The notes under the pieces: model-generated
Told to the model about the DNA's origin: nothing
What the model saw: only the letters and a program-made list of their open reading frames with translations
Database searches by the model: none
Shown: piece by piece, positions 1 to 12,526 of the stretch
Layout of the letters: each line of letters starts with the position of its first letter
Numbering within the stretch: position 1 is the stretch's first letter
Position numbers and translations under genes: made by a program
Origin: an uncultured delta proteobacterium
GTDB lineage: Bacteria; Desulfobacterota; WTBG01; CAIYCZ01
NCBI GenBank assembly: GCA_963803975.1
Contig: CAWDOY010000049.1
Coordinates: 1-64,000, forward strand
Length of the DNA: 64,000 nucleotides
Reading direction: 5' to 3'

Positions 1-73
<73 letters not shown>

Positions 74-131
74 GTTATTTTTTCAATGGTTATAGAATCT
101 AACATACCTCTATTCTTTTATCAAATATTTT

Positions 132-974
132 TTATATACCCGCGATGTGCGGTTCCGCATAGCAGTAGATACAGCCATGCGTGCATTTCAGTGAATACCA
201 TCCGATATCAATACTCTCGGTGCAGCCGCACTGCGTGCGCTGGCCTTTTGCCCTTTTCAAAGAACACGAAAGGCCCTGCGGGTGAAGTTCTGTTAACAGC
301 GCGCCATCAATGCAGCGCGAGCGTTCAAAGCCCTCCATCGAGCAGTAAAACATTTTCATGCCCAGGCGGCCTGCGATTTCCTCCAGCTGTTGTGCCTGCG
401 CTGCCTGTTCTTCAGGGGAACAGGTCCGCAGCGTGAATCCCTTCTTCTGCATGCGCCGGATAACTTTTTTATAGGGTGCTGCCCAGCTGGTCCTGCAGGT
501 AGTGATACCATGCTTTCTTATCCTTTCTGCCATGGCGGGGAACAACGCGAAGTTTTCTATCTGACCGGTGCAATCTTCTGCCGCAATGATGGGGTCAAAC
601 CGCCATGAAATCCTCTCCGGCCCTTTAACCAGTTGCACCAGTTCCGGGATCATCTCCACAACCCGCTCCCATGGCGGAATCCCCGGCTCCAGGGCGCTCC
701 CCCCCAGCCCGGTAATCGTCAGATGAACATAGACCTGCGCGTACTGCGACAACACCTCCCGCAGTGCCTGATGGCGAATCATGTTGCAGGGGTTTTTCGT
801 CCAGATGACAATGGTGTGGACTTTTTGCGGCGGGTATGATTTCAGCTTTTCAATCAGATAATCAGGATAGCATCCGACCAGGTCGGTCCTGCGGCTCGCG
901 GAAATGACAACCGGCAGTTCTTGATTCATAACTTTTTGCCTAAGCCACGAAGTTAACACGAAGGAATCAAACAT
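132..974 (-). CDS. DUF1848-family protein
   Basis: ISASRRTDL N-terminal motif, WTKNP, WRFDPI, and C-terminal CGC..S.DIG.Y...C.HGC.YCYA. Confidence 0.85.
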   Translation of the reverse strand: MFDSFVLTSWLRQKVMNQELPVVISASRRTDLVGCYPDYLIEKLKSYPPQKVHTIVIWTKNPCNMIRHQALREVLSQYAQVYVHLTITGLGGSALEPGIPPWERVVEMIPELVQLVKGPERISWRFDPIIAAEDCTGQIENFALFPAMAERIRKHGITTCRTSWAAPYKKVIRRMQKKGFTLRTCSPEEQAAQAQQLEEIAGRLGMKMFYCSMEGFERSRCIDGALLTELHPQGLSCSLKRAKGQRTQCGCTESIDIGWYSLKCTHGCIYCYAEPHIAGI

Positions 975-1114
975 GAAATCCTAAATCCAAAACTCTAAGA
1001 AACAGTATCAAAGCAATAAAATTTCAAAACAGAAGCAGAGTCAGCTGCAGAGTTTAACGATACTTTGGGTTTGTTTAGGATTTGATCTTAGTGTTTAATT
1101 CGTGCAATTCGTGG

Positions 1115-1774
1115 CTACTTATTTTTTCTGTAGGTTGCTTTATATATTACCCTGCCCTGAATCAGATATTTCCGTTCATAGGAAGTAGCTGCCTTCTCTG
1201 GTTCTGTCTCGTGCGGGGCGCACTCCTGCCGCGCGATCTGCTCGAGGCCGCTGCAGGCGTCTGCGGCCTGCAGCATCTCGTCAAAATAATCCTGGAAATC
1301 GGTTGCCATGCAAAGCTGCCCGCCGGGTACCAGGGCGCAGCGAACGCTCTCAACAAATCCGCTGTTAATAAGCCGCCGTTTCCAATGCCGTTTTTTAGGC
1401 CAGGGGTCCGGGAAATAGATGTGAACTGCTGCAACTGAATTTTCCGGCACAAACTTCTTTAAAATAAAACCAGCCTCTCCTTGTATGATCCTGACATTCT
1501 TCTGCGCCGCGCTCTTCTGTACGCGCTCTTTGAGCATGCGGAAAAATCGTGCCGACATTTCTATGCCCAGATAATTCATCCCGGGGTTTTCCCGGGCGCT
1601 TTTTATAATAAACATCCCCCGGCCGCAGCCGATTTCAATCTCAAGGGGATTCGGGTTGCCGAAAATAATTGGCCAGTCAAACAGCCCCTCCCACTGGCTG
1701 AGTTTGATTTCACAATCAGGCGCTTTTTCCGCGTTTTTCAATTCACTGCTTTCAGCCTCAGGTTCAAAATTCAT
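1115..1774 (-). CDS. trmB: tRNA (guanine-N7)-methyltransferase
   Basis: LEIEIGCGRG SAM-binding motif, FPDPWPKKRH and ATD motifs. Confidence 0.95.
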   Translation of the reverse strand: MNFEPEAESSELKNAEKAPDCEIKLSQWEGLFDWPIIFGNPNPLEIEIGCGRGMFIIKSARENPGMNYLGIEMSARFFRMLKERVQKSAAQKNVRIIQGEAGFILKKFVPENSVAAVHIYFPDPWPKKRHWKRRLINSGFVESVRCALVPGGQLCMATDFQDYFDEMLQAADACSGLEQIARQECAPHETEPEKAATSYERKYLIQGRVIYKATYRKNK

Positions 1775-1985
1775 AGATTATATTCAGCCTTTCTGTAAAA
1801 TGGGTATTTCCCGATATCAGCCACAGAAGGATCAAAAAAATAGTTAAAATAGGCTGACAGCTGTTAGCTGTTCGCTATCAGCCTTTAATTGGAATTGCTT
1901 TTTTCCTGTTTTTTATGTATAAACAATATTCCATAATTTTTCCACACCTTAAAGCACATATCTCGAAAAGATAAATCTTCCATAA

Positions 1986-3266
<1,281 letters not shown>

Positions 3267-3364
3267 AATAGCTGTCAGCAGACAGCTTTCAGCTTTCAGT
3301 CATATAATAAATAAATTTTGCTGAACGCTGACGGCTGATGGCTGAATGCTTGAAAGAGGTCCGT

Positions 3365-4376
3365 ATGCCCTTAGACGTCTATGCCTTTGGCAGTGCGCTG
3401 GTGGACATTCAGGTATCTATTGATGATTCCCTGCTCACAGCAGCTTGAGCTGAAAAAGGGAAACATGTACCTGACTGACCGCAGCCGCCAGGAGGAAGTG
3501 CTGAAAAAGCTCCTCGGGGAAAGCCTTGCCAACCTCGATGCGCTGGGTGATAAGGCAAACCTCGCAGCAGGCGGCAGTGCTGCCAATACGGTCTACGGCA
3601 TAACCCAGCTGGGAGGCAGGGCCGGGCTGTGCGGGAAAGTGGCATCTGATCCACTGGGGAACTTTTACAGCAAAGACATGCGCCGGGGCGGCGTGCTGTT
3701 TAATGCACAGATGGTTGAAGGCATGACCGGCACCTGCATCGTGTTAATCTCTGACGATGCCCAGCGCACCATGCTCACCTGCCTTGCCGTATCAAGCGAA
3801 ATAACCTACGATGACCTGCATGAGCAGTCCCTTCAGGAGAGCGCATATATCTATATCGAGGGCTACCTGTTTGACAGCGCGGTGGCAACCAGGACCCTGC
3901 TGAAAGCAATCGACACGGCAAAGAAGCATAAGGTCAAGGTGGCGCTCTCAGCCTCTGATTCCTTCTGCATTGACCGGCACAAGGACCAGTTTATCCAGCT
4001 CATCAAAAACGATGTAGACCTTTTGTTCGCGAACAGTGATGAGGCGCAGGCACTGACTGATACCGGCTCTCTTGATGAGGCGCTGAAAGTTCTCTCCGGC
4101 TGGTGCCGGCAGAGCGCCATCACTGACGGCAGCCGCGGCTCAGTTCTGTCCTTTGACAGCACGGTGCTAAAGATTGCGCCCTACCCGGTCATCGCTGTCG
4201 ACACTACCGGCGCCGGTGATTCCTACGCGGCAGGGCTCCTGTACGGGCTGACCAACGGCTATTCGCTTGAGGCGAGCGGAACGATTGCCAGCTTTTTTTC
4301 TTCCCGGGTGGTGTTTCAGCTGGGGCCGCGTTACAGCGGGGATATTAAAGAGGATTTAAAGGAGCTTGAGCTTTAG
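3365..4376 (+). CDS. PfkB-family kinase, probable adenosine kinase (one frameshift near 3436)
   Basis: ATG 3365 after GAAAGAGG gives MPLDVYAFGSALVD, a typical N-terminus; it continues in the 3381 ORF frame with GGSAANT and DTTGAGD motifs. Confidence 0.85.
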
Positions 4377-6290
4377 CGAAAATATTTCTCCATATCTTGC
4401 GCGATATCTTCAAGCCCAGAGCGATGTTAAACGCTCTGGCTTCGGGATGCCGGTCTTCTCGTCCCAGCCGCGCATCCGGTAGTAATCTTCAAGCATCCTG
4501 CCGAATTTTTCTTTGTCCAGATACGAGCCGTTAAACGCGCCGCCAGAGGTCTTTTCTTCCGCCCATTTCCCTTTCAGAAAATCATCTTCTTTGCGTATTC
4601 CCTCGCGCACCAGGAAGCAGCGCTCAACCGCATAGATGCGCTCCGCGATGGTGCGCAGCCGGCTTTCGTCAGCATCAACCCCGGTGACCGCAGAATAGAT
4701 TTCAGCCATATCGCTGATGTTGATGCCGTGGCCGTTGTGCGAGGTGTTGAACTTGCAGATCTGGAGCGCGTCTGCCAGGGTATAGATATCCTGAAAATAA
4801 ATGGTAGAGGAAGCCTTGTCATAGGAGTCGTGCTCAAGCACGCTCGCCGTGCCAAAGCGCGCAACAGCTTCCTCCGGTTGACATGATGGCCTTGCCGCCC
4901 AGCGGGATTTCTATCATGTTGCTGCCCCGCAGATGGTCGCAGCCCCTGGTAGCTGTCGCAAAGGTGAGGGCAGTGCCTTTCAGCCCGCGGATGTCAACGC
5001 CGCCGAGCACCATGCCCTTAGCGTGGCTGATGGCCTTCTCTGCGCCCCTGCCGATCTTCTGCGCCGCGCTCACTGCTCCGTCGGCAAGCACTGCGCCAAA
5101 GCCCTCGCGCCGGGCAATGCGCGGAATCATGGCGATCATGGACTCGTAGTTTCCCCAGTCAAACTCGAGGCCGCCGGTTTCTTCCCGGGAAATGATGCCC
5201 TGCTCGTACCAGTCCATCACATAGGACATGAGGCAGCCGAAGTCGAGCACGTCTATGCCGTACTGGTTGCACAGGGAATAGATTTTAAAGAGCGACGGCG
5301 CGTAATAATTGCCGCAGGTGGGGCCGTTATAGGAAGTGCAGCCTTCGGGGATCTTGGTTCCTTTCAGCCCTGCATAGGGGCCTTCTTTCACTTCCCAGCT
5401 CTTCATGCAGCCGACCCTGCAGGAGAAGCAGCTGCTGGATTTGGTATAATAATCCCGCGCCAGCGTCTCGCACGTCACTTTTTCCGCGTGTTCCCAGCCG
5501 CCGGCCTGCCGGAAATTTTTCCATGCCAGCAGCCCCGACTCATTTTCAATGGCCAGCGGTCCTGCCATGCCGTAGGTCGAGAACATCTTGAAGAAGGGTG
5601 AGCCTTTAATCTTTTTGTTTATCCTGCTGACCGCCGCGCGGAGTTCGCGCTCATGAGCTACAGCCACCTGCTGAGAACCTGTGCCGATAACAACTGCTTT
5701 CAGGTTTTTTGAGCCCATGACAGCACCCATGCCGGTTCTGCCGGCAACATTGTAGCCATGCACAATGCAGGCGGTCCGCACCATGTTCTCGCCGGCCGGG
5801 CCGATGCATGCAATCTGGGGTTTCTCTGACCGGAACTGTTTTTTCAGCAGCGCCTCGGTTTCATCGGTAGGTTTACCCCACAGGCTGCCGGCTTCCCTGA
5901 TTTCCGCTTTCCCGTCATGCACAGAGAGATACACGGGTTGCTCTGCTTTTCCCGTTATAACAATATGATCAAATCCCGCGCGCTTCATCTGCCGGCTGAA
6001 AAACCCGCCGAAATTGGCGTCCCCGAGAATCCCGGTAAGCGGTGATTTCGCGCTCACCGTGCAGCGCGGGCTTGAGGGAGCGGAAGTGCCGCTCAGCGGG
6101 CTTGTGCCGAAGATAAGGAGGTTCTGCGGGGACAGGGGGGCCGTCTGCGCTGCGACTTCATTATAGAGAATCCGGGAATTGATGCCGCGGCCGCCGATAA
6201 AGTTATGGGCAAGCGATTCATCCAGCGGCTCGCGCGTGACAGAACCGCTGTCAGATCAACCCGCAAAATATGGCCCATCCAGCCGTACAT
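4373..6290 (-). CDS. Aldehyde:ferredoxin oxidoreductase family protein, broken by several indels
   Basis: Fragments MYGWMGHILRVDL (6290), KSPLTG, GRTGMGAVMGSKNLKA, C..C.VGC, ATRGCDH and YY..RGWD..TGIP; the shifted tail LGLEDIAQDMEKYFR ends at 4373. Confidence 0.88.
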
Positions 6291-6378
6291 ATTCTCTCCG
6301 CAAAAGGCTCGAAAAAATACCGGGCATTGAGCAATACGCTCTTTTCACCAACAAGGCGATAGCTGCAGCTAATAGCAC

Positions 6379-7297
6379 TTAAAACCCTGTTAGAAACCGC
6401 TCAGCATCAAGGCTGCCATGCAGCCCGTGCCGGCAGAGGTCACCGCCTGCTTGTACACCGGGTCGGTGACATCGCCTGCCGCGAAAACGCCGGGGATATT
6501 GGTGGCCGTGCCGTTGCGGGTGATGATATAGCCCTTGTCATCCATCTCCACCTGGCCCTTGAATACCGCGGTATTGGGCTTGTGGCCGATGGCGACAAAA
6601 ATACCGTCCGCTTTTTTAAACTGTGTCTCATTGGTTTTTACATTTCTGATCAGCGCTCCGGTGACCGTGCCCTTCTGCGCGTCCTGTATATCCTCAATCA
6701 CCGAGTCCCACAGAAAGTGAATATTCTGGATAGCAAATGCCCGCTGCTGCATGATCTTTGAAGCCGCGCAGCTCATTTCTGCGGTGTACCACGGTTACTG
6801 ATGCGGCAAGGTTGCTCAAATAGATTGCCTCCTCCAGCGCCGAGTCGCCGCCGCCCATCACCAGGACCTCCTTTTTTTTAAAAAAGAACCCGTCGCAGGT
6901 GGCGCACGTGGAAACCCCCCGGCCCATGAGCTTCTTCTCCGCAGGCAGTCCCATCAGCTGGGCTGAAGCTCCGGTTGCGATGATCAGGCACTCGGTCTGC
7001 AGCGTCTCGTCTTCAAGGGTAACCGTAAACGGTTTCTCAAGAAGGTTCACCGCCGTGACCTGCACCGGACTTAAACTCTGTGCCGAACCGCGCTGCCTGC
7101 GCCTTCATGTCCGCCATGAGCTTTGGCCCGTCAACACCTTCAGGGCTTCCCGGCCAGTTTTCCACGACGGTGGTGGTGGTGAGCTGTCCGCCCGGCTCCA
7201 TCCCTTCAAGCACCAGGGGGTTGAGCTGGGCGCGAGATGCATAGATTGCCGCCGTGAGCCCGGCAGGACCTGAGCCGATTATTATTAACTTGTGCAT
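6379..7297 (-). CDS. trxB: Thioredoxin reductase, copy 1 (frameshifted)
   Basis: Three ORF pieces (7037-7297, 6694-7065, 6390-6776) colinear with the intact copy at 8625-9542; GSGPAG and CATC motifs. Confidence 0.9.
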
Positions 7298-7473
7298 GGA
7301 GAGTCCTCAACAGCTAGTTTTTCTTTACAATTATTCTTGCAGGTGATTACTAATGTATAAAATGCCACATGTCAAAATCCAAATCAAAATAAGAAGCTGC
7401 ATATTTTCAAATAGCGATTTTGATTTTTGGCTTAGAGCTTGTTTTGACATTGGGGTTTTGAATTTTGGCATTA

Positions 7474-8427
7474 TCAGTTTACTGTTTCTTCTCCGGTCCC
7501 TGGCTGAAGCTTTTCTTTCAGCCGCTCTAAAAACTTTTCTGAATTTTTAGCCGGGATAAGAAGCTTGTGGTCTCCCTCAGAAAGGTAATAACCCCGCAGC
7601 TCAGGGTTGAGGTCATGGATATTTTTAAAGGTTGTCTGCGCTGCTTCCGCAATAATTCTGATATGCAATGATTGAGGCAGAGAAAAGGCCACCTCTTTTA
7701 CCTCAAGCGGACGATAGTACTCTGAGTCCGGGAGGGTAAAGCCGTACTGAGCGGGATTTGAGAGAATGATTTTAATGGCGAAGATCCTGAATAGATATTG
7801 TTCTGTCTCCTGGGGCAGGTCAAGGTCAAAATATTCCCTGGCCCCCTGCTCTTCAAGCTCCCGGGCTACCCGCTCCTCCCCGCAATTATACGCAGCCAGA
7901 GCGAGCGTCCAGTTCCCGAACCGTTCATTCAGGGATGTCAGATACTCAAGGGCTGCAGTCGTTGACTTCTGCAGGCTGTAGCGCTCATCAACGCGGTCCT
8001 GGGTCTTCAGGCCGAAGCGGTTGCCGGTATCCTTGATAAACTGCCAGAACCCGCCAGCGCCTTTAGGAGAAAGGGCTTCGGGGAAAAAATCACTTTCCGC
8101 GACAACCACATATTTCAGGTCATCCGGAAGCCGGGACTGCTTTAACTGTTCTTCAAGAAAGGGAAAGTATCTTCTGCTCCGCTTAAGCCAGAGAATCACC
8201 TGCGCTTCCTTGCCGAGAGCCAGGAGCAGCTCCCGGTCAAGCCGCTCCCATACATCGTCCCGCTCAAGGGGTACCCGCTCATTGCAGAAACTCAAGCTGC
8301 GGGGAGTTGAGAACTGCAGGAGATAGGGTTTCTGGGCTGGCGTCTTTTCTGGTGCGGCGAAACCTTCCGTTAGGAGAAGGCAGAGAACTAACAGAACCGG
8401 CGCGAGCATGCGCATTGTGTTCTTCAT
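7474..8427 (-). CDS. Lytic murein transglycosylase (SLT/MltD-like), copy 1
   Basis: Signal peptide; AES catalytic motif, GA.GFWQF, ALAAYN.GE, LP.ET..Y; LNPEL in the C-terminal region. Confidence 0.9.
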   Translation of the reverse strand: MKNTMRMLAPVLLVLCLLLTEGFAAPEKTPAQKPYLLQFSTPRSLSFCNERVPLERDDVWERLDRELLLALGKEAQVILWLKRSRRYFPFLEEQLKQSRLPDDLKYVVVAESDFFPEALSPKGAGGFWQFIKDTGNRFGLKTQDRVDERYSLQKSTTAALEYLTSLNERFGNWTLALAAYNCGEERVARELEEQGAREYFDLDLPQETEQYLFRIFAIKIILSNPAQYGFTLPDSEYYRPLEVKEVAFSLPQSLHIRIIAEAAQTTFKNIHDLNPELRGYYLSEGDHKLLIPAKNSEKFLERLKEKLQPGTGEETVN

Positions 8428-8624
8428 ACAGGAGCTATCCTCCGTTAGCAGACATTATTTATTTGCGATAGAGTCATAATTTAGCATATACCCTGTGTTC
8501 TTACAAAACATTTAGGTACCCGTGTTTTCTCCTTCAAAGGCAGGCTCCCGAAAAAATACCGGGGCATTGAGCAATACGCTCACTTTCGCCAACAAGGCTG
8601 ACAGCTGTCAGCTAATAGCTTACC

Positions 8625-9542
8625 TTACAGCCCTGCAATAAACCGCTCAGCATCAAGCGCTGCCATGCAGCCCGTGCCGGCAGAGGTCACCGCCTGCTTG
8701 TACACCGGGTCGGTCACATCGCCTGCCGCGAAAACGCCGGGGATATTGGTGGCCGTGCCCTTGCTGGTGATGATATAACCCTTAGCATCCATCTCCACCT
8801 GGCCCTTGAATACCGCGGTATTGGGCTTGTGGCCGATGGCGACAAAGATACCGTCCGCTTTTTTAAACTGTGTCTCATTGGTTTTTACATTTCTGATCAG
8901 CGCTCCGGTGACCGTGCCCTTCTGCGCGTCCTGTATATCCTCAATCACCGAGTCCCACAGAAAGTGAATATTCTGGATAGCAAATGCCCGCTGCTGCATG
9001 ATCTTTGAGCCCCGCAACTCATTTCTGCGATGTACCACGGTTACTGATGCGGCAAGGTTGCTCAAATAGATTGCCTCCTCCAGCGCCGAGTCGCCGCCGC
9101 CCATCACCAGGACCTCCTTTTTTTTAAAAAAGAACCCGTCGCAAGTGGCACACGTTGAAACCCCCCGGCCCATGAGCTTCTTCTCCGCCGGCAGTCCTAT
9201 CAGCTGGGCTGAAGCTCCGGTTGCGATGATCAGACACTCGGTCTGCAGAGTCTCGTCTTCAAGGGCAACCGTAAGCGGTTTTTCAAGAAGATTCACGGCC
9301 GTGACTGCACCGGACTTAAACTCTGTGCCGAACCGCGCTGCCTGCGCCTTCATGTCTGCCATGAGCTTTGGCCCGTCAACACCTTCAGGGCTTCCCGGCC
9401 AGTTTTCAACGACGGTGGTGGTGGTGAGCTGCCCGCCCGGTTCCATCCCTTCGATCAGCAGGGGATTGAGCTGGGCGCGCGATGCGTAGATTGCCGCCGT
9501 GAGCCCGGCAGGACCTGAGCCGATTATTATTAACTTGTGCAT
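8625..9542 (-). CDS. trxB: Thioredoxin reductase, copy 2 (intact)
   Basis: [38 protein letters not shown]. Confidence 0.97.
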   Translation of the reverse strand: MHKLIIIGSGPAGLTAAIYASRAQLNPLLIEGMEPGGQLTTTTVVENWPGSPEGVDGPKLMADMKAQAARFGTEFKSGAVTAVNLLEKPLTVALEDETLQTECLIIATGASAQLIGLPAEKKLMGRGVSTCATCDGFFFKKKEVLVMGGGDSALEEAIYLSNLAASVTVVHRRNELRGSKIMQQRAFAIQNIHFLWDSVIEDIQDAQKGTVTGALIRNVKTNETQFKKADGIFVAIGHKPNTAVFKGQVEMDAKGYIITSKGTATNIPGVFAAGDVTDPVYKQAVTSAGTGCMAALDAERFIAGL

Positions 9543-9718
9543 GGAGAATCCTCAACAGTAGTTTTTCTTTAAATTATTCTTTCAGATGATTACCATGTAT
9601 AAAATGCCAAATGTCAAAATCCAAACAAAAAAGAAGCAGCATATTTTCAAACGGCGATTTGGATTTAGGGCTTTGAGCTTGTTTTGACATTGGGGTTTTG
9701 AATTTTGGCATTATCAGT

Positions 9719-10666
9719 TTACTGTTTCTTCTCCGGTCCCGGCTGAAGCTTTTCTTTCAGCCGCTCTAAAAACTTTTCTGAATTTTTGGCCGGGATAAGA
9801 AGCTTGTGGTCTCCCTCAGAAAGGTAATAACCCCGCAGCTCAGGGTTGAGGTCATGGATATTTTTAAAGGTTGTCTGCGCTGCTTCTGCAATAATTCTGA
9901 TATGCACTAATTGCGGCAGAGAAAAGGCCACCTCTTTTACCTCAAGCGGACGATAGTACTCTGAGTCCGGGAGGGTAAAGCCGTACTGGGCGGGATTTGA
10001 GAGAATGATTTTAATGGCGAAGATCCTGAAAAGATATTGTTCTGTCTCCTGGGGCAGGTCAAGGTCAAAATATTCCCTGGCCCCCTGCTCTTCAAGCTCC
10101 CGGGCTACCCGCTCCTCCCCGCAATTATACGCAGCCAGAGCGAGCGTCCAGTTTCCGAACCGTTCGTTCAGGGATGTCAGATACTCAAGGGCCGCAGTCG
10201 TTGACTTCTGCAGGCTGTAGCGCTCATCAACGCGGTCCTGGGTCTTCAGGCCGAAGCGGTTGCCGGTATCCTTGATAAACTGCCAGAACCCGCCAGCGCC
10301 TTTAGGGGAAAGGGCTTCGGGGAAAAAATCACTTTCCGCGACAACCACATATTTCAGGTCATCCGGAAGCCGGGACTGCTTTAACTGTTCTTCAAGAAAG
10401 GGAAAGTATCTTCTGCTCCGCTTAAGCCAGAGAATCACCTGCGCTTCCTTGCCGAGAGCCAGGAGCAGCTCCCGGTCAAGCCGCTCCCATACATCGTCCC
10501 GCTCAAGGGGTACCCGCTCATTGCAGAAGCTCAAGCTGCGGGGAGTTGAGAATTGCAGGAGATAGGGTTTCTGGGCTGGCGTCTTTTCTGGTGCGGCGAA
10601 ACCTTCCGTTAGGAGAAGGCAGAGAACTAACAGAACCGGCGCGAGCATGCGCATTGTGCTCTTCAT
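9719..10666 (-). CDS. Lytic murein transglycosylase (SLT/MltD-like), copy 2
   Basis: Near-identical to 7474-8427 with the same SLT motifs. Confidence 0.92.
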   Translation of the reverse strand: MKSTMRMLAPVLLVLCLLLTEGFAAPEKTPAQKPYLLQFSTPRSLSFCNERVPLERDDVWERLDRELLLALGKEAQVILWLKRSRRYFPFLEEQLKQSRLPDDLKYVVVAESDFFPEALSPKGAGGFWQFIKDTGNRFGLKTQDRVDERYSLQKSTTAALEYLTSLNERFGNWTLALAAYNCGEERVARELEEQGAREYFDLDLPQETEQYLFRIFAIKIILSNPAQYGFTLPDSEYYRPLEVKEVAFSLPQLVHIRIIAEAAQTTFKNIHDLNPELRGYYLSEGDHKLLIPAKNSEKFLERLKEKLQPGPEKKQ

Positions 10667-10938
10667 ACAGGAGCTATCCTCCGTTAACAGACATTATTTA
10701 TTTGCGATAGAGTCATAATTTAGCATATACCCTGTGTTCTTACAAAACTTTTTAGGTACCCGTGGTTCCCATTTCAGGACTTTCTCCAAAATATTGTTGT
10801 GGCGTTAAAAACCCCCTGCGCTCGTGCTCCACTGCTCTATCCTATCCGTTCACTGCGGTCGTTCCCATTTTACTTGATTTTATTGCAAAGCTCTGGTAGG
10901 TAAAGTAGTCTTATAAAAGTTATGTGATAGGGAGGACT

Positions 10939-11073
10939 ATGGCACGATCAAAGAGAAAAAAAGTAATCAAAAGGCAAATAATTAACGTCAAGCACAAGAG
11001 GCAGAAGGAAAAGGCAAAAGTAACTGCCGTGCAGGCACGGAAAAAGAAACAGGCAGAAGCAGGGAATCATTAA
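10939..11073 (+). CDS. Small, very basic hypothetical protein (44 aa)
   Basis: GGGAGG RBS, then ATG giving MARSKRKKVIKRQIINVKHKRQKEKAKVTAVQARKKKQAEAGNH*; a hairpin follows. Confidence 0.7.
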   Translation: MARSKRKKVIKRQIINVKHKRQKEKAKVTAVQARKKKQAEAGNH

Positions 11074-11101
11074 TCCCGGCACTGGATGGCTTAAAAAATA
11101 A

Positions 11102-11138
11102 TGCCCTGCTGTGTTGCAAAAAATGTTCAGCAGGGCAG
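11102..11138. terminator. Probable bidirectional terminator
   Basis: TGCCCTGCTG...CAGCAGGGCA stem between convergent genes, with A/T tracts on both sides. Confidence 0.65.
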
Positions 11139-11145
11139 AAGTTTT

Positions 11146-11878
11146 TTATTTTGACTTTTTGGCGCAGTGCTCGGTAACACCGATTTTGGCCGTTTCTGCA
11201 AAGGCAGAAGAAGGGTACTTATCGATAAACGCCTGGTATGACGTGCACGCATGCTCCTGATCGCCGAGCGCTGCATAGCACCGGGCACGGTTTAACGGGG
11301 CCATGATATTCAGGCCCCCGCGCGCATCCTGGTCCTGTTTTTCAAACCATTCAAGCGCCTTCTTGTAATCGCCCTTTCTTTCATAGACATACCCGATACC
11401 CTCATAGGCAAACGGCCGCAGGTAGGTATCTATTGCACCCGTCGTTTTCAAAAAATTCTGGTAGCAGGTGAGTGCATCATCATCTTTGCCCAGGCGGTAA
11501 CTGCATGCCCCTGCATAAAAAAGAGCTGCGCTCCCTCCCCCGGTATCAGGATACTGCTGCGTTACCTTTTTAAACTCCTCAAGCGCCTGGCGGTAGGCAT
11601 CTTCTTTTACCACCGGTGCTTCCCCCTTGCCGGGCTGACTGTCAGGGCTGTTATAGCGATTCAGAGCGCTGAAAAACAGTGTCTGCGACTGCTCTTCAGC
11701 CTGCGCCAGTTTATACTGCCACAGGCCGATCCCTCCGCCGATGACCACCAGGATCAAGCCGACGGCAGCCACCTGCCTGATATTTTCTTCAATAAACGCC
11801 TGGACTTTTGTGCCAGAGCTGCAAAATCTTTCCCGGTTCGATTACTTCCATTTCTTTTGGTAATTTTCTTCTTGGCAT
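11146..11878 (-). CDS. Membrane-anchored TPR protein (YfgM-like); frameshift near the 5' end
   Basis: RBS AGGAG before ATG 11878 (MPRRKL...); TM helix followed by TPR repeats in ORF 11146-11772. Confidence 0.75.
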
Positions 11879-11928
11879 AGCTGCTCCTGTTCCTGATAGT
11901 AATAAGCATTCACAGAGTTCACAAAAAA

Positions 11929-12502
11929 CTATTCTGTGGTTAGGTATGGCGCCACGGCCTGCAACTTTTTTCTCCCCGAAGCCGGGGATATCTTTTAATT
12001 CCTCGATGGTGTTTATTTTCTGATGCGCTGTCCGGTATTCTATTATTGCTGCTGCAGTTTTATTGCCTATCCCGGGTATCAGCATCAGGTCCTGCACTGT
12101 TGCCGCAGGCAGAGAAACCGGCATGAAAAAATTTAAACGGCTGGCAGCATCCATGTCGGCTGCATAGAAGCCCGGGAATTCCGCTCCGCCGGCCCGGAAT
12201 ATAATCCTGGTGCCGCTCTTTAGCGGCACATCATCCAATAGCAATGCATTCCCTGACAAGCTCTGTCCGCTCTGCAACCCCCCTGCTGCCGGCAGCAGGC
12301 TGCGCGCGGTCTGTTCTGCGTTAAAGCAGTAATACCCCTCTTCGATACCATCACCGCGCAGCTCATATACCGCGGCCGGAGCGGTGCTGCAGGTCATCCT
12401 GTTTTCTTTACATAACCGGTATAATTTCCCAAATGCAAGCGGAAATAGCAAGATCAATATGCATAGTATTACGCTGGTCTGCTCGCGGCTGTAGGCTTTC
12501 AT
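11929..12502 (-). CDS. ComEA-like helix-hairpin-helix DNA-binding protein
   Basis: HhH motifs IPGIGNKTA and IPGFGEKK; removing one A from the homopolymer at ~11970 gives KKLQAVAPYLTTE* ending at 11929. Confidence 0.8.
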
Positions 12503-12526
12503 GCATCGTAGTCGCCGGGCGGGCGC

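Larger units (their letters stand above)
6305..10764. repeat. Imperfect tandem duplication of a ~2.24-kb unit (approx. 6305-8524 and 8542-10764)
   Basis: Both units run from AGGCTC..GAAAAAATACCGGG to TTTAGGTACCCGTG and contain trxB, a transglycosylase and the same spacers. Confidence 0.97.

Noticed and set aside
10775..10895. Possible degenerate MITE or ncRNA after the duplication
   Set aside because: Only weak terminal complementarity and no second copy in the window
11789..12502. ComEA protein with a long C-terminal extension
   Set aside because: One extra A at ~11970 causes read-through into the 5' end of the TPR gene, which has its own RBS
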